The notes beneath the pieces were generated by a model. The model made no database searches. It worked only from the letters and a program-made list of their open reading frames with translations, and was not told the origin of the DNA. A DNA stretch of 64,000 bases from Nemertoderma westbladi (taxonomy: Eukaryota; Animalia; Xenacoelomorpha), in assembly GCA_032718475.1 (NCBI GenBank), contig JAUCBJ010000109.1, positions 17,592 to 81,591 of the forward strand, written 5' to 3'. The translations under genes and the position numbers were made by a program. Below are positions 25,401-40,100 of this stretch, piece after piece (the first letter of the stretch is position 1; each line of letters begins with the position of its first letter).

Positions 25401-28400
25401 ACCTTACTACAGTAGTACTCCATCTACAGCTATATGTAGATGTGGCGGATTACCTTGCTACAGTAGTACTCCATCTACAGCTATATGTAGATGTGGTGGT
25501 TTACCTTACTACAGTAGTACTCCATCTACAGCTATATGTAGATGTGGTGGTTTACCTTACTACAGTAGTACTCCATCTACAGCTATATGTAGATGTGGTG
25601 GTTTACCTTACTACAGTAGTACTCCATCAACAGCTATGTAGATGTGGTGACTTGACTTACTACAGTATTACTCTATCTACAGCTATATGTAGATGTGGTG
25701 GTTTACCCTACTACAGTAGTACTCCATCAACAGCTATGTAGATGTGGTGACTTACCTTACTACAGTAGTACTCCATCAACAGCTATGTAGATGTGGTGAC
25801 TTACCTTACTACAGTAGTACTCCATCAACAGCTATGTAGATGTGGTGGTTTACCTTACTACAGTAGTACTCCATCAACAGCTATGTAGATGTGGTGGTTT
25901 ACCTTACTACAGTAGTACTCCATCTACAGCTATATGTAGATGTGGTGGTTTACCTTTCTACAGTAGTACTCCATCAACAGCTATGTAGATGTGGTGGTTT
26001 ACCTTACTACAGTAGTACTCCATCTACAGCTATATGTAGATGTGGTGGTTTACCTTACTACAGTAGTACTCCATCAACAGCTATGTAGATGTGGTGACTT
26101 GACTTACTACAGTAGTACTCCATCAACAGCTATGTAGATGTGGTGGTTTACCTTACTACAGTAGTACTCCATCTACAGCTATATGTAGATGTGGTGGTTT
26201 ACCTTACTACAGTAGTACTCCATCAACAGCTAGTAGATGTGGTGACTTGACTTACTACAGTAGTACTCCATCAACAGCTATATGTAGATGTGGTGGTTTA
26301 CCCTACTACAGTAGTACTCCATCAACAGCTATGTAGATGTGGTGACTTACCGTACTACAGTAGTACTCCATCAACAGCTATGTAGATGTGGTGCCTTACC
26401 TTACTACAGTAGTACTCCATCAACAGCTATGTAGATGTGGTGACTTACCTTACTACAGTAGTACTCCATCACCAGCTATGTAGATGTTGTGACTTACCTT
26501 ACTACAGTAGTACTCCATCAACAGCTATGTAGATGTGGTGACTTACCTTACTACAGTAGTACTCCATCAACAGCTATGTAGATGTGGTGGTTTACCTTAC
26601 TACAGTAGTACTCCATCAACAGCTATGTAGATGTGGTGGTTTACCTTACTACAGTAGTACTCCATCACCAGCTATGTAGATGTGGTGACTTACCTTACTA
26701 CAGTAGTACTCCATCAACAGCTATGTAGATGTGGTGGTTTACCTTACTACAGTAGTACTCCATCAACAGCTATGTAGATGTGGTGGTTTACCTTACTACA
26801 GTAGTACTCCATCTACAGCTATGTAGATGTGGTGACTTACCTTACTACAGTAGTACTCCATCAACAGCTATGTAGATGTGGTGGTTTACCTTACTACAGT
26901 AGTACTCCATCAACAGCTATGTAGATGTGGTGGTTTACCTTACTACAGTAGTACTCCATCAACAGCTATGTAGATGTGGTGGTTTACCTTACTACAGTAG
27001 TACTCCATCTACAGCTATATGTAGATGTGGTGGTTTACCTTACTACAGTAGTACTCCATCAACAGCTATGTAGATGTGGTGACTTGACTTACTACAGTAT
27101 TACTCCATCTACAGCTATATGTAGATGTGGTGGTTTACCCTACTACAGTAGTACTCCATCAACAGCTATGTAGATGTGGTGGTTTACCTTACTACAGTAG
27201 TACTCCATCAACAGCTATGTAGATGTGGTGACTTACCTTACTACAGTAGTACTCCATCAACAGCTATGTAGATGTGGTGGTTTACCTTACTACAGTAGTA
27301 CTCCATCAACAGCTATGTAGATGTGGTGACTTACCTTACTACAGTAGTACTCCATCAACAGCTATGTAGATCTGGTGGTTTACCTTACTACAGTAGTACT
27401 CCATCAACAGCTATGTAGATGTGGTGGTTTACCTTACTACAGTAGTACTCCATCAACAGCTATGTAGATGTGGTGGTTTACCTTACTACAGTAGTACTCC
27501 ATCTACAGCTATATGTAGATGTGGTGGTTTACCTTACTACAGTAGTACTCCATCAACAGCTATGTAGATGTGGTGGTTTACCTTACTACAGTAGTACTCC
27601 ATCTACAGCTATATGTAGATGTGGTGGTTTACCTTACTACAGTAGTACTCCATCAACAGCTATGTAGATGTGGTGACTTGACTTACTACAGTAGTACTCC
27701 ATCAACAGCTATGTAGATGTAGTGGTTTACCTTACTACAGTAGTACTCCATCTACAGCTATATGTAGATGTGGTGGGTTACCTTACTACAGTAGTACTCC
27801 ATCTACAGCTATATGTAGATGTGGTGGTTTACCTTACTACAGTAGTACTCCATCAACAGCTATGTAGATGTGGTGACTTGACTTACTACAGTAGTACTCC
27901 ATCAACAGCTATGTAGATGTGGTGACTTACCTCACTACAGTAGTACTCCATCAACAGCTATGTAGATGTGGTGGTTTACCTTACTACAGTAGTACTCCAT
28001 CAACAGCTATGTAGATGTGGTGACTTACCTTACTACAGTAGTACTCCATCAACAGCTATGTAGATGTGGTGGTTTACCTTACTACAGTAGTACTCCATCT
28101 ACAGCTATATGTAGATGTGGTGGCTTACCTTACTACAGTAGTACTCCATCAACAGCTATGTAGATGTGGTGGCTTACCTTACTACAGTAGTACTCCATCT
28201 ACAGCTATATGTAGATGTGGCGGATTACCTTACTACAGTAGTACTCCATCTACAGCTATATGTAGATGTGGTGGTTTACCTTACTACAGTAGTACTCCAT
28301 CTACAGCTATATGTAGATGTGGTGGGTTACCTTACTACAGTAGTACTCCATCTACAGCTATATGTAGATGTGGTGGTTTACCTTACTACAGTAGTACTCC

Positions 28401-31400
28401 ATCAACAGCTATGTAGATGTGGTGACTTGACTTACTACAGTATTACTCTATCTACAGCTATATGTAGATGTGGTGGTTTACCCTACTACAGTAGTATTCC
28501 ATCAACAGCTATGTAGATGTGGTGACTTACCTTACTACAGTAGTACTCCATCAACAGCTATGTAGATGTGGTGCCTTACCTTACTACAGTAGTACTCCAT
28601 CAACAGCTATGTAGATGTGGTGACTTACCTTACTACAGTAGTACTCCATCAACAGCTATGTATATGTGGTGGTTTACCTTACTACAGTAGTACTCCATCA
28701 CCAGCTATGTAGATGTGGTGACTTACCTTACTACAGTAGTACTCCATCAACAGCTATGTAGATGTGGTGGTTTACCTTACTACAGTAGTACTCCATCAAC
28801 AGCTATGTAGATGTGGTGGTTTACCTTACTACAGTAGTACTCCATCTACAGCTATATGTAGATGTGGTGGTTTACCTTACTACAGTAGTACTCCATCAAC
28901 AGCTATGTAGATGTGGTGGTTTACCTTACTACAGTAGTACTCCATCAACAGCTATGTAGATGTGGTGACTTGACTTACTACAGTAGTACTCCATCAACAG
29001 CTATGTAGATGTGGTGGTTTACCTTACTACAGTAGTACTCCATCTACAGCTATATGTAGATGTGGTGGTTTACCTTACTACAGTAGTACTCCATCAACAG
29101 CTATGTAGATGTGGTGGTTTACCTTACTACAGTAGTACTCCATCAACAGCTATGTAGATGTGGTGACTTACCTTACTACAGTAGTACTCCATCAACAGCT
29201 ATGTAGATGTGGTGGTTTACCTTACTACAGTAGTACTCCATCAACAGCTATGTAGATGTGGTGGTTTACCTTACTACAGTAGTACTCCATCTACAGCTAT
29301 ATGTAGATGTGGTGGTTTACCTTACTACAGTAGTACTCCATCTACAGCTATATGTAGATGTGGTGGTTTACCTTACTACAGTAGTACTCCATCAACAGCT
29401 ATGTAGATGTGGTGACTTGACTTACTACAGTAGTACTCCATCAACAGCTATGTAGATGTGGTGGTTTACCTTACTACAGTAGTACTCCATCTACAGCTAT
29501 ATGTAGATGTGGTGGTTTACCTTACTACAGTAGTACTCCATCAACAGCTATGTAGATGTGGTGACTTGACTTACTACAGTAGTACTCCATCAACAGCTAT
29601 ATGTAGATGTGGTGGTTTACCCTACTACAGTAGTACTCCATCAACAGCTATGTAGATGTGGTGACTTACCTTACTACAGTAGTACTCCATCAACAGCTAT
29701 GTAAATGTGGTGCCTTACCTTACTACAGTAGTACTCCATCAGCATTCAGCAGCTATGTAGATGTGGTGACTTACCTTACTACAGTAGTACTCCATCAACA
29801 GCTATGTAGATGTGGTGGTTTACCTTACTACAGTAGTACTCCATCACCAGCTATGTAGATGTGGTGACTTACCTTACTACAGTAGTACTCCATCAACAGC
29901 TATGTAGATGTGGTGGTTTACCTTACTACAGTAGTACTCCATCAACAGCTATGTAGATGTGGTGGTTTACCTTACTACAGTAGTACTCCATCAACAGCTA
30001 TGTAGATGTGGTGGTTTACCTTACTACAGTAGTACTCCATCTACAGCTATATGTAGATGTGGTGGTTTACCTTACTACAGTAGTACTCCATCAACAGCTA
30101 TGTAGATGTGGTGACTTGACTTACTACAGTATTACTCCATCTACAGCTATATGTAGATGTGGTGGTTTACCTTACTACAGTAGTACTCCATCACCAGCTA
30201 TGTAGATGTGGTGACTTACCTTACTACAGTAGTACTCCATCAACAGCTATGTAGATGTGGTGGTTTACCTTACTACAGTAGTACTCCATCAACAGCTATG
30301 TAGATGTGGTGGTTTACCTTACTACAGTAGTACTCCATCAACAGCTATGTAGATGTGGTGGTTTACCTTACTACAGTAGTACTCCATCTACAGCTATGTA
30401 GATGTGGTGGTTTACCTTACTACAGTAGTACTCCATCAACAGCTATGTAGATGTGGTGGTTTACCTTACTACAGTAGTACTCCATCAACAGCTATGTAGA
30501 TGTGGTGGTTTACCTTACTACAGTAGTACTCCATCTACAGCTATATGTAGATGTGGTGGTTTACCTTACTACAGTAGTACTCCATCAACAGCTATGTAGA
30601 TGTGGTGACTTGACTTACTACAGTATTACTCCATCTACAGCTATATGTAGATGTGGTGGTTTACCTTACTACAGTAGTACTCCATCACCAGCTATGTAGA
30701 TGTGGTGACTTACCTTACTACAGTAGTACTCCATCAACAGCTATGTAGATGTGGTGGTTTACCTTACTACAGTAGTACTCCATCAACAGCTATGTAGATG
30801 TGGTGGTTTACCTTACTACAGTAGTACTCCATCAACAGCTATGTAGATGTGGTGGTTTACCTTACTACAGTAGTACTCCATCTACAGCTATGTAGATGTG
30901 GTGGTTTACCTTACTACAGTAGTACTCCATCAACAGCTATGTAGATGTGGTGGTTTACCTTACTACAGTAGTACTCCATCAACAGCTATGTAGATGTGGT
31001 GGTTTACCTTACTACAGTAGTACTCCATCTACAGCTATATGTAGATGTGGTGGTATACCTTACTACAGTAGTACTCCATCAACAGCTATGTAGATGTGGT
31101 GACTTGACTTACTACAGTATTACTCCATCTACAGCTATATGTAGATGTGGTGGTTTACCCTACTACAGTAGTACTCCATCAACAGCTATGTAGATGTGGT
31201 GGTTTACCTTACTACAGTAGTACTCCATCAACAGCTATGTAGATGTGGTGACTTACCTTACTACAGTAGTACTCCATCAACAGCTATGTAGATGTGGTGG
31301 TTTACCTTACTACAGTAGTACTCCATCAACAGCTATGTAGATCTGGTGGTTTACCTTACTACAGTAGTACTCCATCAGTAGTACTCCATCTACAGCTATA

Positions 31401-34400
31401 TGTAGATGTGGTGGCTTACCTTACTACAGTAGTACTCCGTCAACAACGTAGATGTGGTGGTTTACCTTACTACAGTAGTACTCCATCAACAGCTATGTAG
31501 ATGTGGTGGTTTACCTTACTACAGTAGTACTCCATCACCAACAATGTAGACGTGGTGGTTTACCTTACTACAGTAGTACTCCATCAACAGCTATGTAGAT
31601 GTGGTGACTTGCCTTACTACAGTAGTACTCCATCTACAGCTATATGTAGATGTGGTGGTTTACCCTACTACAGTAGTACTCCATCAACAGCTATGTAGAT
31701 GTGGTGACTTACCTTACTACAGTAGTACTCCATCAACAGCTATGTAGATGTAGTGGTTTACCTTACTACAGTAGTACTCCATCTACAGCTATATGTAGAT
31801 GTGGTGGTTTAACTTACTACAGTAGTACTCCATCAACAGCTATGAAGATGTGGTGACTTACCTCACTACAGTAGTACTCCATCAACAGCTATGTAGATGT
31901 GGTGGTTTACCTTACTACAGTAGTACTCCATCAACAGCTATGTAGATGTAGTGGTTTACCTTACTACAGTAGTACTCCATCTACAGCTATATGTAGATGT
32001 GGTGGTTTAACTTACTACAGTAGTACTCCATCAACAGCTATGTATGTGGTGGCTTACCTTACTACAGTAGTACTCCATCAACAGCTATGTAGATGTGGTG
32101 ACTTACCTTACTACAGTAGTACTTCCATCAACAGCTATGTAGATGTGGTGACTTACCTTACTACAGTAGTACTCCATCAACAGCTATGTAGATGTAGTGG
32201 TTTACCTTACTACAGTAGTACTCCATCTACAGCTATATGTAGATGTGGTTAACTTACTACAGTAGTACTCCATCAACAGCTATGTAGATGTGGTGGCTTA
32301 CCTTACTACAGTAGTACTCCATCAACAGCTATGTAGATGTGGTGGCTTACCTTACTACAGTAGTACTCCATCAACAGCTATGTAGATGTGGTGACTTACC
32401 TTACTACAGTAGTACTTCCATCAACAGCTATGTAGATGTGGTGACTTACCTTACTACAGTAGTACTCCATCAACAGCTATGTAGATGTAGTGGTTTACCT
32501 TACTACAGTAGTACTCCATCTACAGCTATATGTAGATGTGGTTAACTTACTACAGTAGTACTCCATCAACAGCTATGAAGATGTGGTGACTTACCTCACT
32601 ACAGTAGTACTCCATCAACAGCTATGTATAGATGTGGTGACTTACCTTACTACAGTAGTACTCCATCAACAGCTATGAAGATGTGGTGACTTACCTCACT
32701 ACAGTAGTACTCCATCAACAGCTATGTATAGATGTGGTGACTTACCTTACTACAGTAGTACTCCATCAACAGCTATGTAGATGTGGTGGTTTACCTTACT
32801 ACAGTAGTACTCCATCAACAGCTATGTAGATGTGGTGGTTTACCTTACTACAGTAGTACTCCATCAACAGCTATGTAGATGTGGTGGTTTACCTTACTAC
32901 AGTAGTACTCCATCTACAGCTATATGTAGATGTGGTGGTTTACCTTACTACAGTAGTACTCCATCAACAGCTATGTAGATGTGGTGACTTGACTTACTAC
33001 AGTATTACTCCATCTACAGCTATATGTAGATGTGGTGGTTTACCTTACTACAGTAGTACTCCATCACCAGCTATGTAGATGTGGTGACTTACCTTACTAC
33101 AGTAGTACTCCATCAACAGCTATGTAGATGTGGTGGTTTACCTTACTACAGTAGTACTCCATCAACAGCTATGTAGATGTGGTGGTTTACCTTACTACAG
33201 TAGTACTCCATCAACAGCTATGTAGATGTGGTGGTTTACCTTACTACAGTAGTACTCCATCTACAGCTATGTAGATGTGGTGGTTTACCTTACTACAGTA
33301 GTACTCCATCAACAGCTATGTAGATGTGGTGGTTTACCTTACTACAGTAGTACTCCATCAACAGCTATGTAGATGTGGTGGTTTACCTTACTACAGTAGT
33401 ACTCCATCTACAGCTATATGTAGATGTGGTGGTTTACCTTACTACAGTAGTACTCCATCAACAGCTATGTAGATGTGGTGACTTGACTTACTACAGTATT
33501 ACTCCATCTACAGCTATATGTAGATGTGGTGGTTTACCTTACTACAGTAGTACTCCATCACCAGCTATGTAGATGTGGTGACTTACCTTACTACAGTAGT
33601 ACTCCATCAACAGCTATGTAGATGTGGTGGTTTACCTTACTACAGTAGTACTCCATCAACAGCTATGTAGATGTGGTGGTTTACCTTACTACAGTAGTAC
33701 TCCATCAACAGCTATGTAGATGTGGTGGTTTACCTTACTACAGTAGTACTCCATCTACAGCTATGTAGATGTGGTGGTTTACCTTACTACAGTAGTACTC
33801 CATCAACAGCTATGTAGATGTGGTGGTTTACCTTACTACAGTAGTACTCCATCAACAGCTATGTAGATGTGGTGGTTTACCTTACTACAGTAGTACTCCA
33901 TCTACAGCTATATGTAGATGTGGTGGTATACCTTACTACAGTAGTACTCCATCAACAGCTATGTAGATGTGGTGGTTTACCTTACTACAGTAGTACTTCC
34001 ATCAACAGCTATGTAGATGTGGTGACTTACCTTACTACAGTAGTACTCCATCAACAGCTATGTAGATGTAGTGGTTTACCTTACTACAGTAGTACTCCAT
34101 CTACAGCTATATGTAGATGTGGTTAACTTACTACAGTAGTACTCCATCAACAGCTATGTAGATGTGGTGGCTTACCTTACTACAGTAGTACTCCATCAAC
34201 AGCTATGTAGATGTGGTGGCTTACCTTACTACAGTAGTACTCCATCAACAGCTATGTAGATGTGGTGACTTACCTTACTACAGTAGTACTTCCATCAACA
34301 GCTATGTAGATGTGGTGACTTACCTTACTACAGTAGTACTCCATCAACAGCTATGTAGATGTAGTGGTTTACCTTACTACAGTAGTACTCCATCTACAGC

Positions 34401-34816
34401 TATATGTAGATGTGGTTAACTTACTACAGTAGTACTCCATCAACAGCTATGAAGATGTGGTGGCTTACCTTACTACATTAGTACTCCATCAACAGCTATG
34501 TAGATGTGGTGACTTACCTTACTACAGTAGTACTCCATCAACAGCTATGTAGATGTGGTGGCTTACCTTACTACATTAGTACTCCATCAACAGCTATGTA
34601 GATGTGGTGGTTTACCTTACTACAGTAGTACTCCATCTACAGCTATATGTAGATGTGGTGGTTTAACTTACTACAGTAGTACTCCATCAACAGCTATGAA
34701 GATGTGGTGACTTACTTTACTACAGTAGTACTCCATCAACAGCTATGTAGATGTGGTGGCTTACCTTACTACAGTTGTAGTACTCCATCAACAGCTATGT
34801 AGATGTGGTGACTTAC
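7497..34816 (-). repeat. 49-bp satellite derived from a CstF-77 exon end plus 5' splice site (~550 copies)
   Basis: Minus-strand unit CACCACATCTACATAGCTGTTGATGGAGTACTACTGTAGTAAGGTAAGT, contiguous with and nearly identical to the exon/intron junction at 34864-34811. Confidence 0.97.
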
Positions 34817-34960
34817 CTTACTACAGTAGTACTCCATCAAAGCCGCGGCTATGTAGATGTGGTGGCCGCAACGCAAATCATCTCTTGCCTTTTTGAACAC
34901 AACGCGGGCCGATTTTATTCCTTCCGCCCTCCTGGCGAATCTCATGTACTGCACGTAGGC
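34817..34960 (-). CDS. CSTF3: CstF-77 internal exon
   Basis: [48 protein letters not shown]; TTAG acceptor, GTAAGT donor, 48 codons. Confidence 0.93.
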
Positions 34961-35084
34961 CTAAGATAATAAATAGCGAATGCGAGCATATTCTAAACAG
35001 TAGAGTTTAGGTTTTCGGATACATAAAATGTATCCATTAAATGGATACAAAAGTGTATGTGGATACAAAAGTGTATGTGGATAC

Positions 35085-36103
35085 TAGAGTTAAAACAGAG
35101 ACCTGTTTTTCTTAATCCTGGTGAACCAGAGCCCTACCTGGAGAATTATTTTGAAAAATACCGGAGACCAGAGCCAGAGATCAGAGACTTGGCTTATTTT
35201 TCTACTTACAATTTGATTACTCCCCTATAGCACAAACAGGTATACATACGGCCTTAACTATTTTTCTATGGTTCAATTACAGTAAAGTAAATCCAACCCA
35301 TTTCAACTCTTACCCATTGTAAGAAAATAAGCGCACGTACAGTTTGGGAGGCTTAATTAATATTAATTTGGTTATTTGTTTATTAATTCGTTCTTATTTT
35401 GTTATTGTTAGTATAATATGTTACATAAATTTGTTTTGCGCCATAGGTACCGGTACTTTGTTTATTAAAGGCAATTATTTTACAATTGTTCAAATCATAT
35501 ACATTTCAATACTGTATACTCTAAATTTAGTCATTTACGAATACTTAGTGCACAGGTATAGTACTCTACTCGCCCCATTTACAAGCCTCGTTATGCTCGT
35601 TCTCTCCATTTGGTCGTCATAGTATCTATCCTATAACAAATTGAATGGAGATCAGCCCTTTCACTTTCAAACATTATAAGTGCTCAAATTAAGCGCCCTT
35701 ATCCTTAAATAAGAATCATCTTTAGGTGCTAATTTAACTTAAAATTAAACGAAACTTAAATGAATTAAATAGAAGATTATTGGTACATTTATTAGAAATA
35801 GAAATAGTGTAAAAGTGAGTATATAATTGTGTTGATTCAACACAATTATATATATTCACTTGAAGCAGTGTATGTAAAATAGTTAAAAATTAAAGAATTA
35901 ATTGTGAAAAATAATCTTCATTTCACATTTTGTGTTGTACAGGATCTATTTTTAAATATCTATTTCTAATTTATCAAATCACTGATCTCTGGGTAAAATG
36001 TCTGTTTTCAATACCCGGGAACCAGAGACCTATCCGGAGACCGAAAAATAGCCCGGAGAATCCAGAGATCAGAGAACAGTGACAAGTATCTGTTTCAACT
36101 CTA
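35085..36103. mobile_element. Non-autonomous hAT-type DNA transposon (MITE)
   Basis: TIRs TAGAGTTAAAACAGA / TCTGTTTCAACTCTA; 8-bp TSD GTGGATAC (35077-84, 36104-11); subterminal CCAGAG/CCGGAG motifs. Confidence 0.85.
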
Positions 36104-37138
36104 GTGGATACATAAGTTTAGATAATTAGTTACAGTAGTTACAATAGTTTAAATAAATCATGCACCATAAGCAGTTGATATGTCTTATTATTATAATTAT
36201 TAATTATGTTTTTTTAAAAGATATATTTTGGTTAATTAATACAATATCATTAATTATGTCATGAATTTAAAACTTAAAAGAAACGAAAATGCAATATAAT
36301 TATAGCAAATAAAATAACAAAATATGTTTATCAAAGATACAGTTTTATGGAATTCAGGAATTTGATTTATAAATTTGTTATATGGCTGCATATTTTATCT
36401 CAAACTTATATGACTTTTGTTAATTTTGAATAACTATTCTTTTACATAAATTATTATTTTTTGTCCAACTTTTTATCTCTATATTCGAGGAATTGTAAAG
36501 GCATATTTTTTCAGAGGCCAAAGCAAAGGTCAAGGAAAAAATGCTGGAATTAATGAAGAAATAGAATACAACTCAAGTCGCAGATGATAATATTAACTTA
36601 TTAATATTAACCATTTTTAAAAGCGTGAGGGCATTCATTATTTTATAACAACAGCTATAATTTTAGGTCTATCTAGTGGTAGTTGTAATCTGCAATTAAT
36701 AGCGTAAATTGATATAAATGATACAATATTCATGTGATTAATTTATTATTTAGCATTTGCAGTTGTGATAATTTAATGTAAGGTATCAAAATTTCATACT
36801 TCGTTTCTTATTGAACAAAGCTCGCCCTCTCTCGTTTTGTACAATGATCAGCGGTCATAACTCTGAATTGTGATATTTTCACATAATGACGTTTACTAGT
36901 CAGTAAAAACAATTTTAATTCATTATTTTTGTGTTATGGTGTAGGTCCGTTATGCAACAACGTGAAATTGATGTTTTATTAAAAATGGAAATGTTTTATC
37001 GTAGTAACACCCCTATAAACAAACCAAATATATATATAAAGTTATATAGATATACATAACTAATTAAATATTCTTATATCATCAAAATATGTTGTGCATC
37101 CATATTACCAGTCCTACCTATGACTTCCTAATTTGGCT

Positions 37139-40100
37139 AAAAAAGTGTATGTGGATGCAAAAGTGTATGCGGATACAAAAGTGTATGTGGATGCAAAAGT
37201 GTATGAGGATACAAAAGTGTATGGGGATACAAAAGTGTATGTGGATACAAAAGTGTATGCGGATAAAAAAGTGTATGTGGATGCAAAAGTGTATGAGGAT
37301 ACAAAAGTGTATGCGGATACAAGAAGTGTATGTGGATACAAAAGTGTATGCGGATAAAAAAGTGTATGTGGATGCAAAAGTGTATGAGGATACAAAAGTG
37401 TATGCGGATACAAAAGTGTATGTGGATGCAAAAGTGTATGAGGATACAAAAGTGTATGCGGATACAAAAGTGTATGTGGATGCAAAAGTGTATGAGGATA
37501 CAAAAGTGTATGGGGATACAAAAGTGTATGTGGATACAAAAGTGTATGCGGATAAAAAAGTGTATGTGGATGCAAAAGTGTATGAGGATACAAAAGTGTA
37601 TGCGGATACAAGAAGTGTATGTGGATACAAACAATGTATGTGGATACAAAAGTGTATGTGGATGCAAAGGTGCATGTGGATACAAAAGTGTATGTGGATA
37701 AAAAAGTGTATGTGGATGCAAAAGTGTATGTGGATAGAAAAACTGTATGTGGATACAATAAGTGTATGTGGATACAAAAGTGTATGTGGATATAAAAAGT
37801 GTATGTGGATACAAAAGTGTATGTGGATAAAAAAGTGTATGTGGATACAAAAGTGTATGCGGATAAAAAAGTGTATGTGGATGCAAAAGTGTATGTGGAT
37901 ACAAAACGTGTACGCGGATACAAAAGTGTATGTGGTTACAAAAGTGTATGTGGATACAAAAGTGTATGTGGATGCAAAGGTGCATGTGGATACAAAAAGT
38001 GTATGTGGATACAATAAGTGTATGTGGATACAAAAGTGTATGTGGATACAAAAAGTGTATGCGGATAAAAAAGTGTATGTGGATACAAAAGTGTATGTGG
38101 ATACAAAAGTGTATGTTGATGCAAAAGTGTATGTGGATAAAAAAGTGTATGTGGATACAAAAAGTGTATGTGGATACAAAAGTGTATGCGGATATAAAAG
38201 TGTATGTGGATACAAAAGTGTATGTGGATACAAAAGTGTATGCGGATACAAGAAGTGTATGTGGATACAAAAGTGTATGCGGATACAAGAAGTGTATGTG
38301 GATACAAACAATGTATGTGGATACAAAAGTGTATGTGGATGCAAAGGTGCATGTGGATACAAAAGTGTATGAGGATACAAAAGTGTATGCGGATACAATA
38401 AGTGTATGTGGATACAAACAATGTATGTGGATACAAAAGTGTATGTGGATGCAAAGGTGCATGTGGATAAAAAAGTGTATGCGGATACAAAAGTGTATGT
38501 GGTTACAAAAGTGTATGTGGATAAAAAAGTGTATGTGGATGCAAAAGTGTATGTGGATAGAAAAACTGTATGTGGATACAATAAGTGTATGTGGATACAA
38601 AAGTGTATGTGGATACAAAAGTGTATGTGGATACAAAAAGTGTATGCGGATAAAAAAGTGTATGTGGATACAAAAGTGTATGTGGATACAAGTGTGTATG
38701 TGGATAAAAAAGTGTATGCGGATACAAAAGTGTATGTGGATACAAAAGTGTATGTGGATACAAAAAGTGTATGCGGATAAAAAAGTGTATGTGGATACAA
38801 AAGTGTATGTGGATACAAGTGTGTATGTGGATAAAAAAGTGTATGCGGATACAAAAGTGTATGCGGATATAAAAGTGTATGTGGATGCAAAAGTGTATGA
38901 GGATACAAAAGTGTATGCGGATACAAGAAGTGTATGTGGATACAAACAATGTATGTGGATACAAAAGTGTATGTGGATGCAAAGGTGCATGTGGATACAA
39001 AAGTGTATGTGGATAAAAAAGTGTATGTGGATGCAAAAGTGTATGTGGATAGAAAAACTGTATGTGGATACAATAAGTGTATGTGGATACAAAAGTGTAT
39101 GTGGATATAAAAAGTGTATGTGGATACAAAAGTGTATGTGGATAAAAAAGTGTATGTGGATACAAAAGTGTATGCGGATAAAAAAGTGTATGTGGATGCA
39201 AAAGTGTATGTGGATACAAAACGTGTACGCGGATACAAAAGTGTATGTGGTTACAAAAGTGTATGTGGATACAAAAGTGTATGTGGATGAAAAGGTGCAT
39301 GTGGATACAAAAAGTGTATGTGGATACAATAAGTGTATGTGGATACAAAAGTGTATGTGGATACAAAAAGTGTATGCGGATAAAAAAGTGTATGTGGATA
39401 CAAAAGTGTATGTGGATACAAAAGTGTATGTTGATGCAAAAGTGTATGTGGATAAAAAAGTGTATGTGGACACAAAAAGTGTATGTGGATACAAAAGTGT
39501 ATGCGGATACAAAAGTGTATGTGGATACAAAAGTGTATGTGGATACAAAAGTGTATGCGGATACAAGAAGTGTATGTGGATACAAAAGTGTATGCGGATA
39601 CAAGAAGTGTATGTGGATACAAACAATGTATGTGGATACAAAAGTGTATGTGGATGCAAAGGTGCTTGTGGATACAAAATTGTATGAGGATACAAAAGTG
39701 TATGCGGATACAAGAAGTGTATGTGGAGTGGATACAAACAATGTATGTGGATACAAAAGTGTATGTGGATGCAAAGGTGCATGTGGATAAAAAAGTGTAT
39801 GCGGATACAAAAGTGTATGTGGTTACAAAAGTGTATGTGGATAAAAAAGTGTATGTGGATGCAAAAGTGTATGTGGATAGAAAAACTGTATGTGGATACA
39901 ATAAGTGTATGTGGATACAAAAGTGTATGTGGATACAAAAGTGTATGTGGATACAAAAAGTGTATGCGGATAAAAAAGTGTATGTGGATACAAAAGTGTA
40001 TGTGGATACAAGTGTGTATGTGGATAAAAAAGTGTATGCGGATACAAAAGTGTATGTGGATACAAAAGTGTATGTGGATACAAAAAGTGTATGCGGATAA

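Noticed and set aside
7497-34816. CRISPR array, or the many short ORFs in the 49-bp repeat
   Set aside because: Head-to-tail units with no unique spacers and no cas genes; the ORFs are by-products of the repeat
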